Below, one piece after another: positions 62,032-64,000 of a DNA stretch of 64,000 nt. The stretch is from the NCBI RefSeq assembly GCF_009914755.1, contig NC_060944.1. One strand, given 5' to 3'. Position 1 is the first letter of the stretch. Each line of letters begins with the position of its first letter. The notes under the pieces are model-generated. The model searched no databases, had not been told where the DNA came from, and saw only the letters and a list, made by a program, of their open reading frames with translations. The position numbers and the translations under genes were made by a program. This DNA comes from the human T2T-CHM13v2.0 reference genome, Homo sapiens.

Positions 62032-62324
62032 AGCTATTATTAATAATAATCATAATCACAAAAATGTATGACTCAAAGAAAGATTCCTACTTCATACAGC
62101 TTGCCAAAAGAATATCAGACATTGGACCTGTGAAAGGAATGACATTGAGATTTATTTTCACATCGCTAAGTTGGTTTTTTCTTTGCCATTCAATTTCTGC
62201 AGTCCCCACTCTAAGTCCATGGTCCACCTTTTTATTTTTCCTTCTAAGATGTCTTCCCTTCTTGTAAGATTTTCTTTGCCTTAAGAAGGGCCCTTTTCAT
62301 CCACCCACTCTTTTACCCTTCCCA

Positions 62325-62610
62325 GAAGTTGGTTAATGGGCACAAAAATACAGTTAGATGGAAGGAACAGAAGAAGTTCTAGTGTTCAATAACACAAAAG
62401 GGTGATGATCGTTAACAATAACTTATTATACATTTCAAAATGGCTAGAGGAAAGATATGGAATTTTCCTAACACAAATAAATGATAAATATTTGAGGTGA
62501 TGGATATGCAAATTATCTTGATTTGATCAGTGCACATTGTATGCATGTATCAAAATATCACATGTACCCTAGAAATAATTATAATTGTAATGTATCAATA
62601 AAAACAAAAA
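62325..62610 (+). mobile_element. L1MA 3' end
   Basis: aagttggttaatgggcacaaaaatacagttaga..tttgaggtgatggatatgc..aaaatatcacatgtaccc. Confidence 0.85.
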
Positions 62611-63518
62611 GGGCTTATTTCTCTTTCCTTCCTCCCAGCATTCCCTCCTATCCCAGATATGTGTTGCTCCTGGGGCTCTCTTGCCCCACGTTCAGTCAGC
62701 ACTGAGCCAGCAGGAAGGATTTCACAGGTCATATCCTGAGATCAACCCTCCACCCCTTCAGGTAATGATCCTCCTGCTCTTAATCATTTATATCCTTTGG
62801 TTCATAGATATTTTGAGTCAAGTGCCTTCTAACCGCTGAGCTACATAATATTCCTTGGTTTTTAAAGAAAATACAAAGTGGATTTTAGCAACAATCTTGA
62901 GTCATCACAGAAGCTAATGAAGTTGGGGATTCCATGAAGCCATCCAAGCACATAAATCCCATTTCCTGGGTCCCTTTTCCTTAGCTCAAGGCCACAAAAA
63001 TCAGAACATGAATTCCAGCCCATATTTGCATTATGTCTAAATAATTATGAATTATAAATGAAGCTAAAAAAAGCTAAATATGTTCTATTCTTCTACTTCA
63101 ATAACTATACCGCCATAATAACCCACAAGGTCAAAGTCCAGTGTAGAATTCTCTGAGTTCTTGGTGCTCTGCATGGGAATGTGGTAGTAAAGGGAGAGCT
63201 GATCCTCAGCCCCAGGCTACATTTTTTTCTTTCATCATAGCTAGCCTTGTCCTTACTTGAGAAGCCTTGCGTTCTCCTGTGTGGGGGACTCCCTAGGCCC
63301 CATGGAAGCTCCATCCGCAATTCTAACCCCTTCAGACAGCAGAGCCTTGGGCACCATTTGGACAAGCACAGTTTTCACTTTGAAATTGACCCAGGGAAGA
63401 GGCCATGCAGGCTCAGGTACATTTGGCCAGGGTCCTGAGTGTCCAGTGTGTGCCCTAGAAGAGAGGGTGAGAGCTCTGGGTGGGCCAGGGTACAGTCAGT
63501 GGAGGGCCAGAGAGGCAC

Positions 63519-63737
63519 CTTCTCAAGCGCAGGATTCAGGGCGGGGGTCCTCTTGCCAAGATCGATGGCTATGATTCCTCCGTGCAATGACGACTGCATC
63601 ACGTCTTCTCAGCGCACCTTTCTTTCAGTCTCAGCCACCGTGGGGAGTTCCTTGGAAGCACAGGCTTCCCTTGTGCTGCCAGCAAACTCAAGCTACACTT
63701 TCCGCCCCGGGACATCTCCACTATTGTAGGGTTTTGC
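63519..63737 (-). pseudogene. candidate decayed coding exon of an unidentified gene
   Basis: Pyrimidine-rich ..tgtgcttAG|GCA ... GAGAAG|GT; 219 nt (73 codons); ~10 CpG in a CpG-poor window; two in-frame stops, each one C>T away from CAG/CGA. Confidence 0.35.
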
Positions 63738-64000
63738 CTAAGCACAAATACAGCCCAGAAACACTTGCAGGTTAACAGCCTCAGGGGAAGACCTCAACCA
63801 GTGTGGGACAGGTGGGCAAATGCTCGAGGCTTGTGTTTCAGGTGGACAGTCCTGGATAACTTTCCAGAGCCTCTCGGAAGGTCCCGCATAAAAAAAGTCC
63901 ATGGGAGCAGCCTCAATGGCATTCTATTATTTTGGCTTTTTTTTCTTGCCTGGCTCACTCCTCCCACATCTCACTCTTGCTTCTTGGAATAACTGCCCAA

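Overview
AT-rich, CpG-poor primate (human-like) genomic DNA with dense interspersed repeats: L1PA/L1M, Alu, MaLR/ERV LTRs, MIR/L2 and DNA-transposon fossils. I see no intact protein-coding gene; the ORFs with recognisable homology are L1 ORF2 remnants. The main feature is a ~0.85-kb minus-strand retro-insertion at 24906-25751. It carries a copy of CFTR exon 10 (legacy exon 9) with its TG/T acceptor and ~0.4 kb of downstream intron, fused to a 5'-inverted L1 3' end, with a poly(A) signal, poly(A) tail and 9-bp TSD. This is a CFTR pseudogene fragment (CFTRP type) moved by L1, a class already known from pericentromeric segmental duplications. Other notable structures: an AluY-L1 composite under one TSD (20005-21408), an L1 with a ~20-nt 5' inversion (29763-30158), a direct-repeat-flanked insertion copied from 1.5 kb away (48447-48582), and a possible decayed minus-strand exon chain of unidentified origin (63737 to 56803). 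Repeat subfamily names and all comparisons to reference sequences come from my memory of consensus sequences, not from a search.
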